A stretch of 64,000 nt of DNA from Thermoproteota archaeon (GTDB taxonomy: Archaea; Thermoproteota; Thermoprotei; Thermofilales; B9-G17). This document shows positions 37,613 through 47,226 of this stretch, piece by piece. Position 1 is the first letter of the stretch, and every line of letters begins with the position of its first letter. The notes under the pieces are model-generated. The model made no database searches, had not been told where the DNA came from, and saw only the letters and a program-made list of their open reading frames with translations. Position numbers and translations under genes: made by a program. The stretch lies in NCBI GenBank assembly GCA_029258885.1, contig JAPDJW010000001.1, forward strand, positions 192,001 to 256,000, written 5' to 3'.

Positions 37613-38335
37613 TCATTTCCTCATGCTCGACTCTAGCATAACCATCTCAAATCTTAATATTTCAAACGTCTCCCTTATTGCCCTAACTTCCTCCTTCATT
37701 AATTTAACATAATCTTCAAAACGCACTCTGTCTTCTCCAAGCTTTGCTCCCGAAAACTTAACATTAATGTTCTCAAGTCTCCTAATCATCTTGTCTAACA
37801 TTTCCTCCCGTAGCTTTAGGTATTTTTCTAGGTAAGGTACCACTTCCCTACTATCTAAAACTAGCCTAAGGAGTTGCTGAAGCATATCTTCCCTAACAGC
37901 CTTGAAAATCTCCTCATCGACCTCGCCTCTGAGGAACCTCCTATCCAGTATGACTAGTCCCTCTCGAAGCGACTTAATTCTCCTAGCTAGCAACATAGCT
38001 CTGCTGATGTGCTCCTCGTACTTCTCCTGCTTCACCTGATCCTTCCTACTTTTTATCAGTTCGATTTTACGTATGGTATCCTTAATTGAATTTTCCACAA
38101 TGTATATCCTGCCCTCGTAGATGAGTATCTTATCTGCATCAAACGTGAATACCTTATCGCCGGAGCTAACTTCGACATACTTAGCTTTCTTAGTTTTAGC
38201 ACTAGCCCTTATCTTCACTATTTTACCGAAGATGCTCCCGTCACTACTAAGTACTTTCCTACCTATATACTGCTTAAGCTTCTTTAATGGGACATCCTTT
38301 ATTGTAGTATAACACTTCTTCCTTACCGAAAACAT
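37613..38335 (-). CDS. PRC-barrel plus coiled-coil protein (CdvA-like architecture)
   Basis: YIGRKVLSSDG.IFGKIV.I PRC signature followed by long helices including L.RRFLRGEVDEEIF. Confidence 0.65.
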   Translation of the reverse strand: MFSVRKKCYTTIKDVPLKKLKQYIGRKVLSSDGSIFGKIVKIRASAKTKKAKYVEVSSGDKVFTFDADKILIYEGRIYIVENSIKDTIRKIELIKSRKDQVKQEKYEEHISRAMLLARRIKSLREGLVILDRRFLRGEVDEEIFKAVREDMLQQLLRLVLDSREVVPYLEKYLKLREEMLDKMIRRLENINVKFSGAKLGEDRVRFEDYVKLMKEEVRAIRETFEILRFEMVMLESSMRK

Positions 38336-38522
38336 ACATGATACATCTTCTTAATGGTAGTAAAACAGTTACCAAAACTGATGATAGAAAATAGTCGAAT
38401 ATTAGCTCAGATAACATCCTAATATTAATAGGATCCTTAAAGTAAAATTTGGCATATTCAGCCTTGAGTAAATTGTTAGGGTATCGATAAATTAATATTC
38501 ACAGTTCATAGACTATAATCTT

Positions 38523-38578
38523 GTGATGATATCCTGCGGGCCTGATTGATGAGGAAGACCTCGGAGGCTGCATCCAGA
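38523..38578 (+). ncRNA. Box C/D sRNA candidate
   Basis: C GTGATGA 38523-29, D' CTGA 38542-45, C' TGATGA 38547-52, D either CGGA 38562-65 or CAGA 38575-78; intergenic. Confidence 0.7.
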
Positions 38579-38611
38579 GGAAAACCTATATTTTTATGTG
38601 AATCATGATTA

Positions 38612-39763
38612 TTGGTCGTAGGAGGTTGCAGTAGGTGTTATAGATTGACGAATAACACTGCCTTTCCGTTAGATTGGCTCCTCTGGCTGGTATTCATAAC
38701 TATATTCTTCTACTTTAACAGAGAGCTGGAAATAATGAGGATAGTTAAGGAGATAGAATCCTACATTATGTTGTTTAAACAGATAAGGGATAAGGCTGTT
38801 AGTACCGTAATTAAAGCCTTTAGAAAGGAGGCAGCTAAGGAAGGAAATGTCATCGATATAAAGTTCCTTGAGGCCAGGGTTATGGACTTAATTGAATCTG
38901 AGGTAATAGAGCCGGTGAAATTGGACCCCTATGGTATAGTAGCTAAACTAAAACATCTTCTCGTAACTACCGATGAAAACCTGAACCTTGAAATAAAAAG
39001 AATAGTCCCAAACATTACTACAGCCATGCTGGAAAATCTTAAGAACCTAATAGGATCCGCCAAAGTCTTAAACTTTTACTATAAAGCACTGGATCACGAC
39101 TATAGGATGGGCAAGAAGTTCAAGAGCATATGGATACTATATCAGTTGCAAGCATTATTACCATTCATTACCGAAATAGTTAGAGCGGTGGAAAGCAATG
39201 TAGAGGCAGTTTCGAAGGGCTTTCCAATAGGAGATAGTGCGGGACCATTAACCGTGGTAAGATTTGCGCTGAAAAATGGCTTTAACCTCGAGCCAAAGCA
39301 GATAGCGGAAAAAACAGTATTGCTTGAAGGAACATATAGAGATAGAAGAGTGATAATAATTAAAGCTGAGGGACCTGGAGGTAGCGTGGGCAGACTGGAC
39401 GACGCTATAATGAAGGTGTTTGAGATCGAGGATAAGATAAGCGCGATAGTAACGGTTGACGCAGCGCTTAAACTAGAGAGCGAAAAAACTGGAACAATAG
39501 TAAGTGGTATAGGAGTAGCAATGGGCGGGATAGGAGTCGAGAAGTTTAATATCGAGAAGATAGCTACAGAGAAGAAGATACCGCTTTACGCAGTTCTGAT
39601 AAAGATGTCGATTCCGGAAGCCTATGCTACGATGGATAAAAACATTTCCGAGGCAATAGATAAAGCCATTGAAAGGATAGAACGTACAATAGAGGAGAAG
39701 ACACATGAGGGCGATACAGTACTTCTAATAGGAGTAGGTAACACGATAGGCGTGTATCCATAG
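38612..39763 (+). CDS. DUF1512-family protein
   Basis: IEPV.LDP.GIV, PIGDSAGPL, KAEGPG..VG, VDAALKLE.E.TG, G.GVAMGG.G, IGVGNT.G motifs. Confidence 0.85.
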   Translation: MVVGGCSRCYRLTNNTAFPLDWLLWLVFITIFFYFNRELEIMRIVKEIESYIMLFKQIRDKAVSTVIKAFRKEAAKEGNVIDIKFLEARVMDLIESEVIEPVKLDPYGIVAKLKHLLVTTDENLNLEIKRIVPNITTAMLENLKNLIGSAKVLNFYYKALDHDYRMGKKFKSIWILYQLQALLPFITEIVRAVESNVEAVSKGFPIGDSAGPLTVVRFALKNGFNLEPKQIAEKTVLLEGTYRDRRVIIIKAEGPGGSVGRLDDAIMKVFEIEDKISAIVTVDAALKLESEKTGTIVSGIGVAMGGIGVEKFNIEKIATEKKIPLYAVLIKMSIPEAYATMDKNISEAIDKAIERIERTIEEKTHEGDTVLLIGVGNTIGVYP

Positions 39764-39773
39764 GTGAGGCGGT

Positions 39774-40142
39774 ATGAGTACCGAGCTATTAATGAAAATT
39801 AGGATCAAGTGGATCATAATCTATACAATACTTTTAATAGTCTTTATATTAATTACCGCAAGCTTCCTCATAATGTATATGGTGGAAAACGACGCTAACT
39901 ATTCCTCAATATCATTCATCACAATGATGATTGCAGTATGGATAGCTATAAACTTGGCAAGGGCACTTAAAACGAAGATACCCAAATATAGGTATATTGA
40001 AGTAGTAAAATGTTTAAGTTGTGGCTATAGTTTTAAGAAGAAGCCAGATGAGGGAGACTATATTCTTAGGGATGTAGGGATTTGTCCTCAATGCTCAGGA
40101 AGATTGATCGTATATAGCATTTATAGGGAGAAGGTGGAGTAG
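39774..40142 (+). CDS. Small membrane protein with C-terminal zinc ribbon
   Basis: Two TM helices, then CLSCG...EGDY....CPQC. Confidence 0.75.
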   Translation: MSTELLMKIRIKWIIIYTILLIVFILITASFLIMYMVENDANYSSISFITMMIAVWIAINLARALKTKIPKYRYIEVVKCLSCGYSFKKKPDEGDYILRDVGICPQCSGRLIVYSIYREKVE

Positions 40143-40144
40143 CG

Positions 40145-41488
40145 CTACAAGATATATTCTTTCCCACGTATTGGAGCTATGCATTTAGCTATATTACCTA
40201 GATACTTAGCCATAAGCATAGGATTTTCACTATGAACAATGTATACTTTCTCCGGATTTATCTCCTCTACAACCATTCTTATTTCAAGAGGGGACGCGTG
40301 TCCGGATGCATGAATATGGTACATAGGTATACCAAGCACATCAAGCCAGTTTATAAGCTTCTCAAATCTTAATTCCCTCTCTTCATCAAAAGGCTCCGAA
40401 GAGCTTAGGATATATACGCTACCCGGCGGAGGATCTATGGACTTTATATCCTCAATGTTGTAGAAGTTTGCCGAGAAAACGTACACTTCCGGTTCCTTTA
40501 TTAGTTCAACTTTCGTAACAAACCTATCCTGATCCAGAACCTTTAGAAGAAATTTTAAGGCCTTATTTCTAGATCTACAGCTGTTATAGACCATTATATT
40601 TTTGTCGTCAAGGGATGGTAGATCGAGCTTTGTCCAACTAAACTCCTGCTCCTGCTTTATCATCATATACAGTAAATATGCCTGTCGAGGCGATAACACG
40701 ACTTTCCGACCAGCCTTCACCGCAGCTTTATAGATGCTCTTAAAGCGATCAACGTCGCTCTCTGAATAATCGAGAATAATTAATCCTTTAGACTCAGAAA
40801 ACACCTGGAACAGCTTCTCCATAACCTCCTTCTCCGATGTTATGTGAGAAAGCACAGTGTTCGTAGCTTCAATTATAAGATCCGTTACACCTTCTCTGAT
40901 GGCTAGTTCTATGAAATCCTTAGTTAAGTATCCTTTAGTTCCATGTAATCTAAAATCCCCCGTATAAGCTAAAGTTCTCTTTCCCAATATAGATATAAAC
41001 CCGTATGAGCCAGGTATGCTGTGATCCACGTGGACGGGTATAATCGTCCCAAGCGATGTATCTATCTCTCTACCCGAGTGGAAGACCTCCACGTTAACGT
41101 TCTGGAAGTCATTTTCAAATGTTTTCCTCAGCCTTATCTCGTTCTTTGACTTTACTATCGTATAGGCCATGTATCCCATGTAAACTTTAATGCTTTTGTT
41201 AAGCAGAGGCACATAGCCGCAGTGATCCACATGAGCATGCGAAATAAAGGCGTAACTTACAGGAACATTATGACTAATAGTATATATGGGCAAATCGGGA
41301 ACATTACCAGTTACTATTAGGTCGTTCAAGCTTCTGGGAGTGACGTATGGATACTCGAAAAACATCTTCCTTAGCTTAAAGTTAACTCCGAAATCATATA
41401 TTAATCCGTCATTATTAGTTAAAAGCAGAATAAGGTTGCCGCCGATCTGGCCCTCAACGCCACCGTAGAAGTAAAGCCTGATATTCAT
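40145..41488 (-). CDS. MBL-fold beta-CASP ribonuclease (RNase J-like)
   Basis: GG...IGGN, SHAHVDH, VDHSIPGS, YTGDFRLHG, HASGHA, VHSE motifs. Confidence 0.88.
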   Translation of the reverse strand: MNIRLYFYGGVEGQIGGNLILLLTNNDGLIYDFGVNFKLRKMFFEYPYVTPRSLNDLIVTGNVPDLPIYTISHNVPVSYAFISHAHVDHCGYVPLLNKSIKVYMGYMAYTIVKSKNEIRLRKTFENDFQNVNVEVFHSGREIDTSLGTIIPVHVDHSIPGSYGFISILGKRTLAYTGDFRLHGTKGYLTKDFIELAIREGVTDLIIEATNTVLSHITSEKEVMEKLFQVFSESKGLIILDYSESDVDRFKSIYKAAVKAGRKVVLSPRQAYLLYMMIKQEQEFSWTKLDLPSLDDKNIMVYNSCRSRNKALKFLLKVLDQDRFVTKVELIKEPEVYVFSANFYNIEDIKSIDPPPGSVYILSSSEPFDEERELRFEKLINWLDVLGIPMYHIHASGHASPLEIRMVVEEINPEKVYIVHSENPMLMAKYLGNIAKCIAPIRGKEYIL

Positions 41489-41504
41489 GGTTTCACCTTA
41501 AAAG

Positions 41505-41557
41505 TCAGTCGGGTAAGTTTTCTTCACTAATGTCGAGTAAGGCCGGAATACATCATC
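41505..41557 (-). ncRNA. Box C/D sRNA, predicted guide for 23S rRNA helix 71
   Basis: Minus strand: ATGATGT, C' GTGAAG, D CTGA. The D guide AACTTACCCGA is complementary to the conserved 23S sequence UCGGGUAAGUU. Confidence 0.75.
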
Positions 41558-41594
41558 CCTGAGAGTATTACTATTATCTCAAATTTACATCTTT

Positions 41595-41843
41595 CTAAAA
41601 TACTTTAACCCTTCTCCTAATAACTCTTTTTTTCTTAACGTTTATTATAAACAATAATATTGCTATCGGAGAAAACATTAGAAGGAGAAAACTCGAGAAA
41701 TATATCATAGATATTAGGTCCATCGTCCCCTCGGCTAAGGTCTTTACCAGAACCCATAAATCGATGCTTATAACCAGCGAAAGATAGGTCTTAATAGCGT
41801 CGTAAAGGGATTTCTTAACGTGTCTATTAAACATATCAACCAC
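41595..41843 (-). CDS. Small hypothetical membrane protein (82 aa)
   Basis: Two hydrophobic segments and a basic C-terminal tail; GGT RBS before a GTG start. Confidence 0.55.
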   Translation of the reverse strand: MVDMFNRHVKKSLYDAIKTYLSLVISIDLWVLVKTLAEGTMDLISMIYFSSFLLLMFSPIAILLFIINVKKKRVIRRRVKVF

Positions 41844-42037
41844 TTTAGGTAATATCTAGATAATACCTGTATGTTATTCAAATAATAATCTTACTTTTGA
41901 AATACAGTACGATGAAATAATGTTCAGACACTAAGCTTTAAGGTCTATTTTCTCGTATAGACACCCTATAGCAGCCGATAGAAACCTTTATTTAGATTAA
42001 TTAAAATCTCATAGAAAGCTAAATTAAGGTGTAGAGT

Positions 42038-42229
42038 ATGGCATATGTCCCTAAGAGACTATTTGTGGGCAGATGTGTCAGATGCGGAAAACCCCTATAC
42101 CGGGCAGATGAAATGTATAGATGCGTGAAGGACAACATAGTAGTTTGTCCTATTTGCTATAGAAAGACCTATGGAAGATGCCCCATATGTGGTGTACAGT
42201 TAACGCCCAGCCTACGAATATATGTTTAA
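42038..42229 (+). CDS. Small Cys-rich zinc-finger protein (63 aa)
   Basis: CxxC...C..D...CxxC...CxxC; AAGGTG RBS. Confidence 0.75.
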   Translation: MAYVPKRLFVGRCVRCGKPLYRADEMYRCVKDNIVVCPICYRKTYGRCPICGVQLTPSLRIYV

Positions 42230-42240
42230 TAACGTACGGC

Positions 42241-42290
42241 TCAGAACAAAGGCCTTTCTTCACCTTTCATAAGCGCGAAACCTTCTTCAC
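42241..42290 (-). ncRNA. Box C/D sRNA, predicted guide for 16S rRNA (~G360 equivalent)
   Basis: Minus strand: GTGAAGA, guide AGGTTTCGCGCTT, D' ATGA, C' GTGAAGA, guide AAGGCCTTTGTT, D CTGA; 50 nt; TTTATAA about 28 nt upstream. Confidence 0.8.
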
Positions 42291-42415
42291 AGCCAGGATA
42301 ATTACTCTAAGCGGTAGTTATAAAGTTGTTGCTTTATAGGTATTTAAGACTTTTATACTACCAAATTAAATTCTTAAGATACAGCATCCATCTAGGGCTG
42401 TTACTTGGATGATAA

Positions 42416-43525
42416 GTGAGTGATATCATGAAAAGCCTTAGGAAGAAGCCCATACTGCTACTAATACTAGGAATCCTAGTGCTACTGCTGTTTATTGCCG
42501 TGATGGGAGTTGATTTAGCAAAACTCCTTGATTTATTCTATTCGTCGGATAAGAGGTTCTTCGCGCTTGCATACGTCTTTGATATAGGCTTCATGTTCTT
42601 CTATGCGCTTGCGTGGTATTATCTAGTAAAAATCATTGAAGATAAGATAACATATAGGGATGCTGTCATAGCTACGCTCATGGGCTGGTTCAGCGACATG
42701 CTTGTACCAGCAGCATTCATAGCTGGAGAGGTTGTTAGGCTATACTACCTCAAAAGGAAGTATAATGTGGAGATAAGCAAAGCCATGGCAACAGTACTTA
42801 TACATAGAGTATTAAGCGCGTTCGCGTTCGTCTTCTTCATACTACTGGGGCTTATCTATATCATAATAGGTCGAAGATCCCTTTCCACAGATGTTATCAT
42901 ACAGGCTCTTCTTTTCGCTTTCCTAACAGGCATAGTTACGTTTATCGGCCTAACAATAATAGTTAGAGTTGAGCTTTTTGAGAAATGGAGTATAAAAATA
43001 TTCGATAAACTATGTAAATACCTGAAGAGGCTGAGGCTTGAGAGGTATCGTAAATACGTTGAAGAGTGGATCGTATCGTTTAAGAGGTCTGTACTTCTAA
43101 TAAGGGCGAAGAAATTAAACATAGTAATCGGCTTCATCTTCCTAATAATACAGTGGACATGCGGCATTCTTATACCCTACTCCTTCTTCCTTGCTGTGAA
43201 ATCCCCTGTAAGCTTCTGGATACTAGCATTAGCATATCCAATGTATGGAGTAATAGATAATATTCCATTAGCTATTCCCGGCAACGCCGGGCTTCTGGAT
43301 GTGGCTATGATATCAACCTTCATTTTATTGGGCGTAAGCAGGGAGACCGCCATAGCTGTAACGTTATTAGTGAGAATGGTTATCGTACTCTTTGAAGCCT
43401 TATTTACCGGAACAGTAACAATGATATATGCTCCAGAGATATTCGAAGGATTCAACTTAAAGGAATTTAGGGAGAAGATATTCTACCTCAAGAGGATGAT
43501 TGAGGAAACTGAGCCTCCTCAATAG
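42416..43525 (+). CDS. Lysylphosphatidylglycerol-synthase-TM / flippase-like (UPF0104) membrane protein
   Basis: Multi-TM protein with P....GE..R, IP.N.G.LD and AV.LLVR motifs. Confidence 0.85.
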   Translation: MSDIMKSLRKKPILLLILGILVLLLFIAVMGVDLAKLLDLFYSSDKRFFALAYVFDIGFMFFYALAWYYLVKIIEDKITYRDAVIATLMGWFSDMLVPAAFIAGEVVRLYYLKRKYNVEISKAMATVLIHRVLSAFAFVFFILLGLIYIIIGRRSLSTDVIIQALLFAFLTGIVTFIGLTIIVRVELFEKWSIKIFDKLCKYLKRLRLERYRKYVEEWIVSFKRSVLLIRAKKLNIVIGFIFLIIQWTCGILIPYSFFLAVKSPVSFWILALAYPMYGVIDNIPLAIPGNAGLLDVAMISTFILLGVSRETAIAVTLLVRMVIVLFEALFTGTVTMIYAPEIFEGFNLKEFREKIFYLKRMIEETEPPQ

Positions 43526-43674
43526 CTTCTATCACTTCGTTAAAAGTATTCTTCTTACAGTATGGGCAGTAGAGAAATATTTTCTTAAATTCGAACAAAT
43601 TGTAACCTAAATCTATTTCACGGATTTTGCCGCAACTAGTACATTTTATCCTCCAAATGGCCAATCTCCTACAC

Positions 43675-44559
43675 CTACTTTTTCAATATTTCCTTAAAGT
43701 ACATAACTATTTCTCTTGCAATGTTCTTCCGAGTAACCCTACTCAGTTCGTCAAAGTCTGCGCTAGCATTAACTTCAAGAAGGAAATATCTGCCCCCGCT
43801 CTCTATTACATCTACTCCGGCATAGTCGAGGTTCAAGGCTCTAGTAATCTTAAGAGCCAGATTAATAACCTCGGGATCTGGATCATATTTAACTCCAGTT
43901 CCGCCTTGAGCTATATTCGCCTTCCAACCGCCGGAGGGAGCCAATCTATACATTGAAGCTATAACTCTATCGCCTATAACGAATATCCTCATATCTCTTA
44001 ATGGGTTAACTAGATACTTCTGAACCATAAGAGGTAAGTTATACTCCAGAAGTGCTCTCATGGCTTGAAATGCAGTATCCTTATCGCTAAACCGTGATAG
44101 ACCAAAGCCTCTAGATCCTACAATAGGCTTTAGAGTAATTTCCCCCATTTTATCGATATAATTGTATGCAAACATTATATCCTCAGTTAGCATGGTATTA
44201 GGAACATTAATACCCAGCTTCTTAGCTATGAAAAGAGTATAAAACTTATTTCTAGCATTTAAAAGGGAATTAACAGGATTCATTATCCTAACGCCTAAAT
44301 TCTCGAGAACCTTAAGTATTGTAACCCTCGAAATATAGGTTTCATTGTTAACCGAGAAGCCTAAGCCCCTGAGAAGTATTCCGTCAATATCTAGTTCCTT
44401 TGACCCTACGTAAAGCCCAGTTTTCTCTCCTATTTCAACTGAAATATACTTTATAGGGATATAGTGCGCTTTAAGCCCTATTTTTCTTGCTTCCCTTAAC
44501 AAGGCTCTACAGGATTTAGGGGGTATTCTTGCCTCATGTACAATAGCTATTTCTACCAC
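43675..44559 (-). CDS. RimK/LysX-family ATP-grasp ligase
   Basis: RNKF.T, VP.T, KP..GSRG.G, VQKY, RDMRIFVIG, WKANIAQGG, AGVD..E, EVN motifs. Confidence 0.9.
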   Translation of the reverse strand: MVEIAIVHEARIPPKSCRALLREARKIGLKAHYIPIKYISVEIGEKTGLYVGSKELDIDGILLRGLGFSVNNETYISRVTILKVLENLGVRIMNPVNSLLNARNKFYTLFIAKKLGINVPNTMLTEDIMFAYNYIDKMGEITLKPIVGSRGFGLSRFSDKDTAFQAMRALLEYNLPLMVQKYLVNPLRDMRIFVIGDRVIASMYRLAPSGGWKANIAQGGTGVKYDPDPEVINLALKITRALNLDYAGVDVIESGGRYFLLEVNASADFDELSRVTRKNIAREIVMYFKEILKK

Positions 44560-44662
44560 AGCAACACCTCTAACGTGAAAATATGGTATGCCAAAATTAA
44601 AACTTTATATATTTACAAAAGTATAATTTAAATTCGAGCGTTGCATAAACGGAGGAACCAAA

Positions 44663-45037
44663 ATGCTATCTCGTGATTCGAGTGAGAAAATAAGGATTCT
44701 TCTCGATGATTTTGTTGATGGAGATATAATATATGGAGCAGTGGTGTTTAATTCTCTTGGTGTCCCGATTATATGGAAATTAAAGCCGACAATAGCGCTT
44801 ACAACGGTCCAAAACCTAATGCCTCTACTGGAGGCTGCAATGAAGGCAAACAAACTTTCAGATCCAAGCCTAGGGCCATTCTTCTATTCCGTCTATAGGT
44901 TCAGAAACGTTAAGGTCTCATTTGCCAACATCGATGGATCGGGGTATCTGATAATAATTGTCAATCCCGAGTGGCACGTTGAGCTCCTACTTCCCAAAAT
45001 CAGGAAGCTTCTAATGAACCTGAGGAGGCTTCTCTAG
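44663..45037 (+). CDS. Roadblock/LAMTOR (profilin-like fold) protein
   Basis: Helix, GAVVFNSLGVPI strand pair, helix, three strands, terminal helix: the roadblock/longin secondary-structure pattern. Confidence 0.55.
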   Translation: MLSRDSSEKIRILLDDFVDGDIIYGAVVFNSLGVPIIWKLKPTIALTTVQNLMPLLEAAMKANKLSDPSLGPFFYSVYRFRNVKVSFANIDGSGYLIIIVNPEWHVELLLPKIRKLLMNLRRLL

Positions 45038-45087
45038 CACATTTTTATATTCCCTATTCTCTTAATTATATGTCTAGAGGTGGTTAA

Positions 45088-45849
45088 GTGGAGAGAGTAA
45101 AGTCGGGCATACCGGGTCTGGATGAAATATTGTATGGAGGCATACCGAGAAGAAACGTAGTGCTATTATCAGGAGGACCGGGTACTGGTAAGACTATATT
45201 TGGCCAGCAATACGTATACTATGGCCTAACTAAAGGAGAACCAGGAATTATAGTTGCGCTGGAGGAGCATCCTGTACAGATAAGAATAAACATGAAGCAG
45301 TTTGGATGGGATGTTAGACCATACGAGGAAGAAGGCATCTTCGCTATAGTTGACGCCTTTACTGGAGGAATAGGGGAGGCGGCGAAGAGGGAGAAATATG
45401 TGGTTAGGGCTATAGACGACATGCCTTCCTTCATCGATGTAGTTAGAGCGGCAATAAGGGATCTTAAAGCTAGGAGAGTAGTAGTCGACTCAGTAACGAC
45501 GCTATACATGACTAAGCCTGCAGTAGCTAGGGCTGTAGTTATGACGCTTAAGAAAGTCCTTTCAGGCATGGGTTGTACTTCAATACTCATATCGCAGGTT
45601 AGTGTCACTGAGAGAGGGTTCGGAGGACCTGGAGTTGAGCATGCAGCAGATGGTATAATAAGGCTTGACTTAGACGAGGTTAACGGCGAGCTTATTAGGA
45701 GCTTAATTGTATGGAAGATGAGAGGTACAAAACATAGCATGCGGAGGCATCCATTCGATATAACCGATAAAGGAATAGTAATCTACCCGAGTAAGACGTT
45801 AAGCTATAGAGGTTTCAGGGGAGTAATTGAGGAGATAAAGGAAAAATAA
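45088..45849 (+). CDS. Archaeal KaiC-domain (RecA-family) ATPase
   Basis: [52 protein letters not shown] motifs. Confidence 0.92.
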   Translation: MERVKSGIPGLDEILYGGIPRRNVVLLSGGPGTGKTIFGQQYVYYGLTKGEPGIIVALEEHPVQIRINMKQFGWDVRPYEEEGIFAIVDAFTGGIGEAAKREKYVVRAIDDMPSFIDVVRAAIRDLKARRVVVDSVTTLYMTKPAVARAVVMTLKKVLSGMGCTSILISQVSVTERGFGGPGVEHAADGIIRLDLDEVNGELIRSLIVWKMRGTKHSMRRHPFDITDKGIVIYPSKTLSYRGFRGVIEEIKEK

Positions 45850-45886
45850 TATAAAGGGATAGAAATGTAAACCTTGGTGATAACAT

Positions 45887-46354
45887 ATGTCTGAAATTCC
45901 TCTTAAGCCTATGTCGAGGGCTGATATACATAGACTTGAGACAGCGTTGATGATAGCAACTCTTCTAAGACCTGATGTTCTAGAGAAAATAAAGTCGGCG
46001 GAGGAGCGATTGACGTGGATAGATTCCCTAGCAGTAGCTGCCGGAGCCCTTGCACGGGAGAAATTCGGTATGCCGGTATCGAAAATAGCTGATGAATTGG
46101 GAAGAAGTGAGGCTACTATTAGGAGGCACCTGACGGGGAAAAGCGAAGCTGGTAAACTTATAATGGAAACATACAGGAAGTTTGCTGTGGATGGCGTAAA
46201 AATAGAGCTTCCTACAGGATTTGCTGAACCCAGCGAAATATCTAGGTTAAAGGAGGAACTTAATGCCACTAAGCGCGAGCTAGAAGAACTCAAGAAAAGA
46301 GTTGAGAATACTAAATCTCTACTTCATCAAGCTCTCGACTTGTTGTCTAAATGA
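45887..46354 (+). CDS. HTH transcriptional regulator typically paired with archaeal KaiC
   Basis: SLAVAAGALARE..G...SKIADELGRSEATIRRHL.G; C-terminal coiled coil. Confidence 0.85.
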   Translation: MSEIPLKPMSRADIHRLETALMIATLLRPDVLEKIKSAEERLTWIDSLAVAAGALAREKFGMPVSKIADELGRSEATIRRHLTGKSEAGKLIMETYRKFAVDGVKIELPTGFAEPSEISRLKEELNATKRELEELKKRVENTKSLLHQALDLLSK

Positions 46355-47226
46355 TATATAGGTTTAGACCTAAAAACTACCCTATTTTTACGTTAACAAC
46401 TGTAGAGGAGATACTCCAAAAACATACTAAGGGTGGAAGCTGTACTGTAACACTTGATATGGGCAGAACGTCTTCAAAAATATTTTTCATTAATGACCTT
46501 ATTTGCACGAATGCATTTAAAATTCCAATATGTAAACTCAAGGATATTAAGTGGAGGGAAGGCGATATATATTGTTATAATGGAGAGTGCTTCCTTAAGA
46601 TAGCTTTCTTCGGAGATGGTAAATACTATAGACTTAGAGAAGTAAGGTTCAATACTGCGCCAACGCTCGAAATAAGCGGAATACACATGCATAGAATTAA
46701 AAATATCACGCCTTGGGAGGATTCATTAATGAAGATTAAGCTAGCTAAAATACGTAGAGGACATAAAGTCCTGGATATATGCACTGGCCTAGGATACACA
46801 GCTATACTAGCGATGTTGAGGGGCGCAATCAGTGTAACCACGATAGAACGAGACATAAATGTCCTGAAAATAGCTGAGTATAATCCATGGTCAAGGGAGT
46901 TGGCTGATGAAAGGATAAAAATCGTGGTCTCCAGAGCCGAAGAATACCTACCTAAACTACCCTCAAATCACTTTGATAGAATTGTACATGACCCTCCACG
47001 AATGGCCTTAGCTGGCGAGCTTTATAGTAAAAGGTTCTATACGGAAACATACAGGGTTCTTAAGCCCGGAGGGATAATGGTACACTATACCGGTCAGCCA
47101 GGATATCTATCGGGTAAAAACATAATTGCAGGCGTATGTAGAAGGCTTAAAGAGGTAGGATTTAAAGTAAAGATAGTTAAAGAACTACCTGGAGTGGTCT
47201 GTTATAAGCCTAATATTAATACGTAG
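46351..47226 (+). CDS. Archaeal SAM-dependent methyltransferase (COG2521-like)
   Basis: PTLEISGIHMHR, VLDICTGLGYTA, YNPWS, HDPPR..LAGELYS motifs. Confidence 0.85.
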   Translation: MIYRFRPKNYPIFTLTTVEEILQKHTKGGSCTVTLDMGRTSSKIFFINDLICTNAFKIPICKLKDIKWREGDIYCYNGECFLKIAFFGDGKYYRLREVRFNTAPTLEISGIHMHRIKNITPWEDSLMKIKLAKIRRGHKVLDICTGLGYTAILAMLRGAISVTTIERDINVLKIAEYNPWSRELADERIKIVVSRAEEYLPKLPSNHFDRIVHDPPRMALAGELYSKRFYTETYRVLKPGGIMVHYTGQPGYLSGKNIIAGVCRRLKEVGFKVKIVKELPGVVCYKPNINT

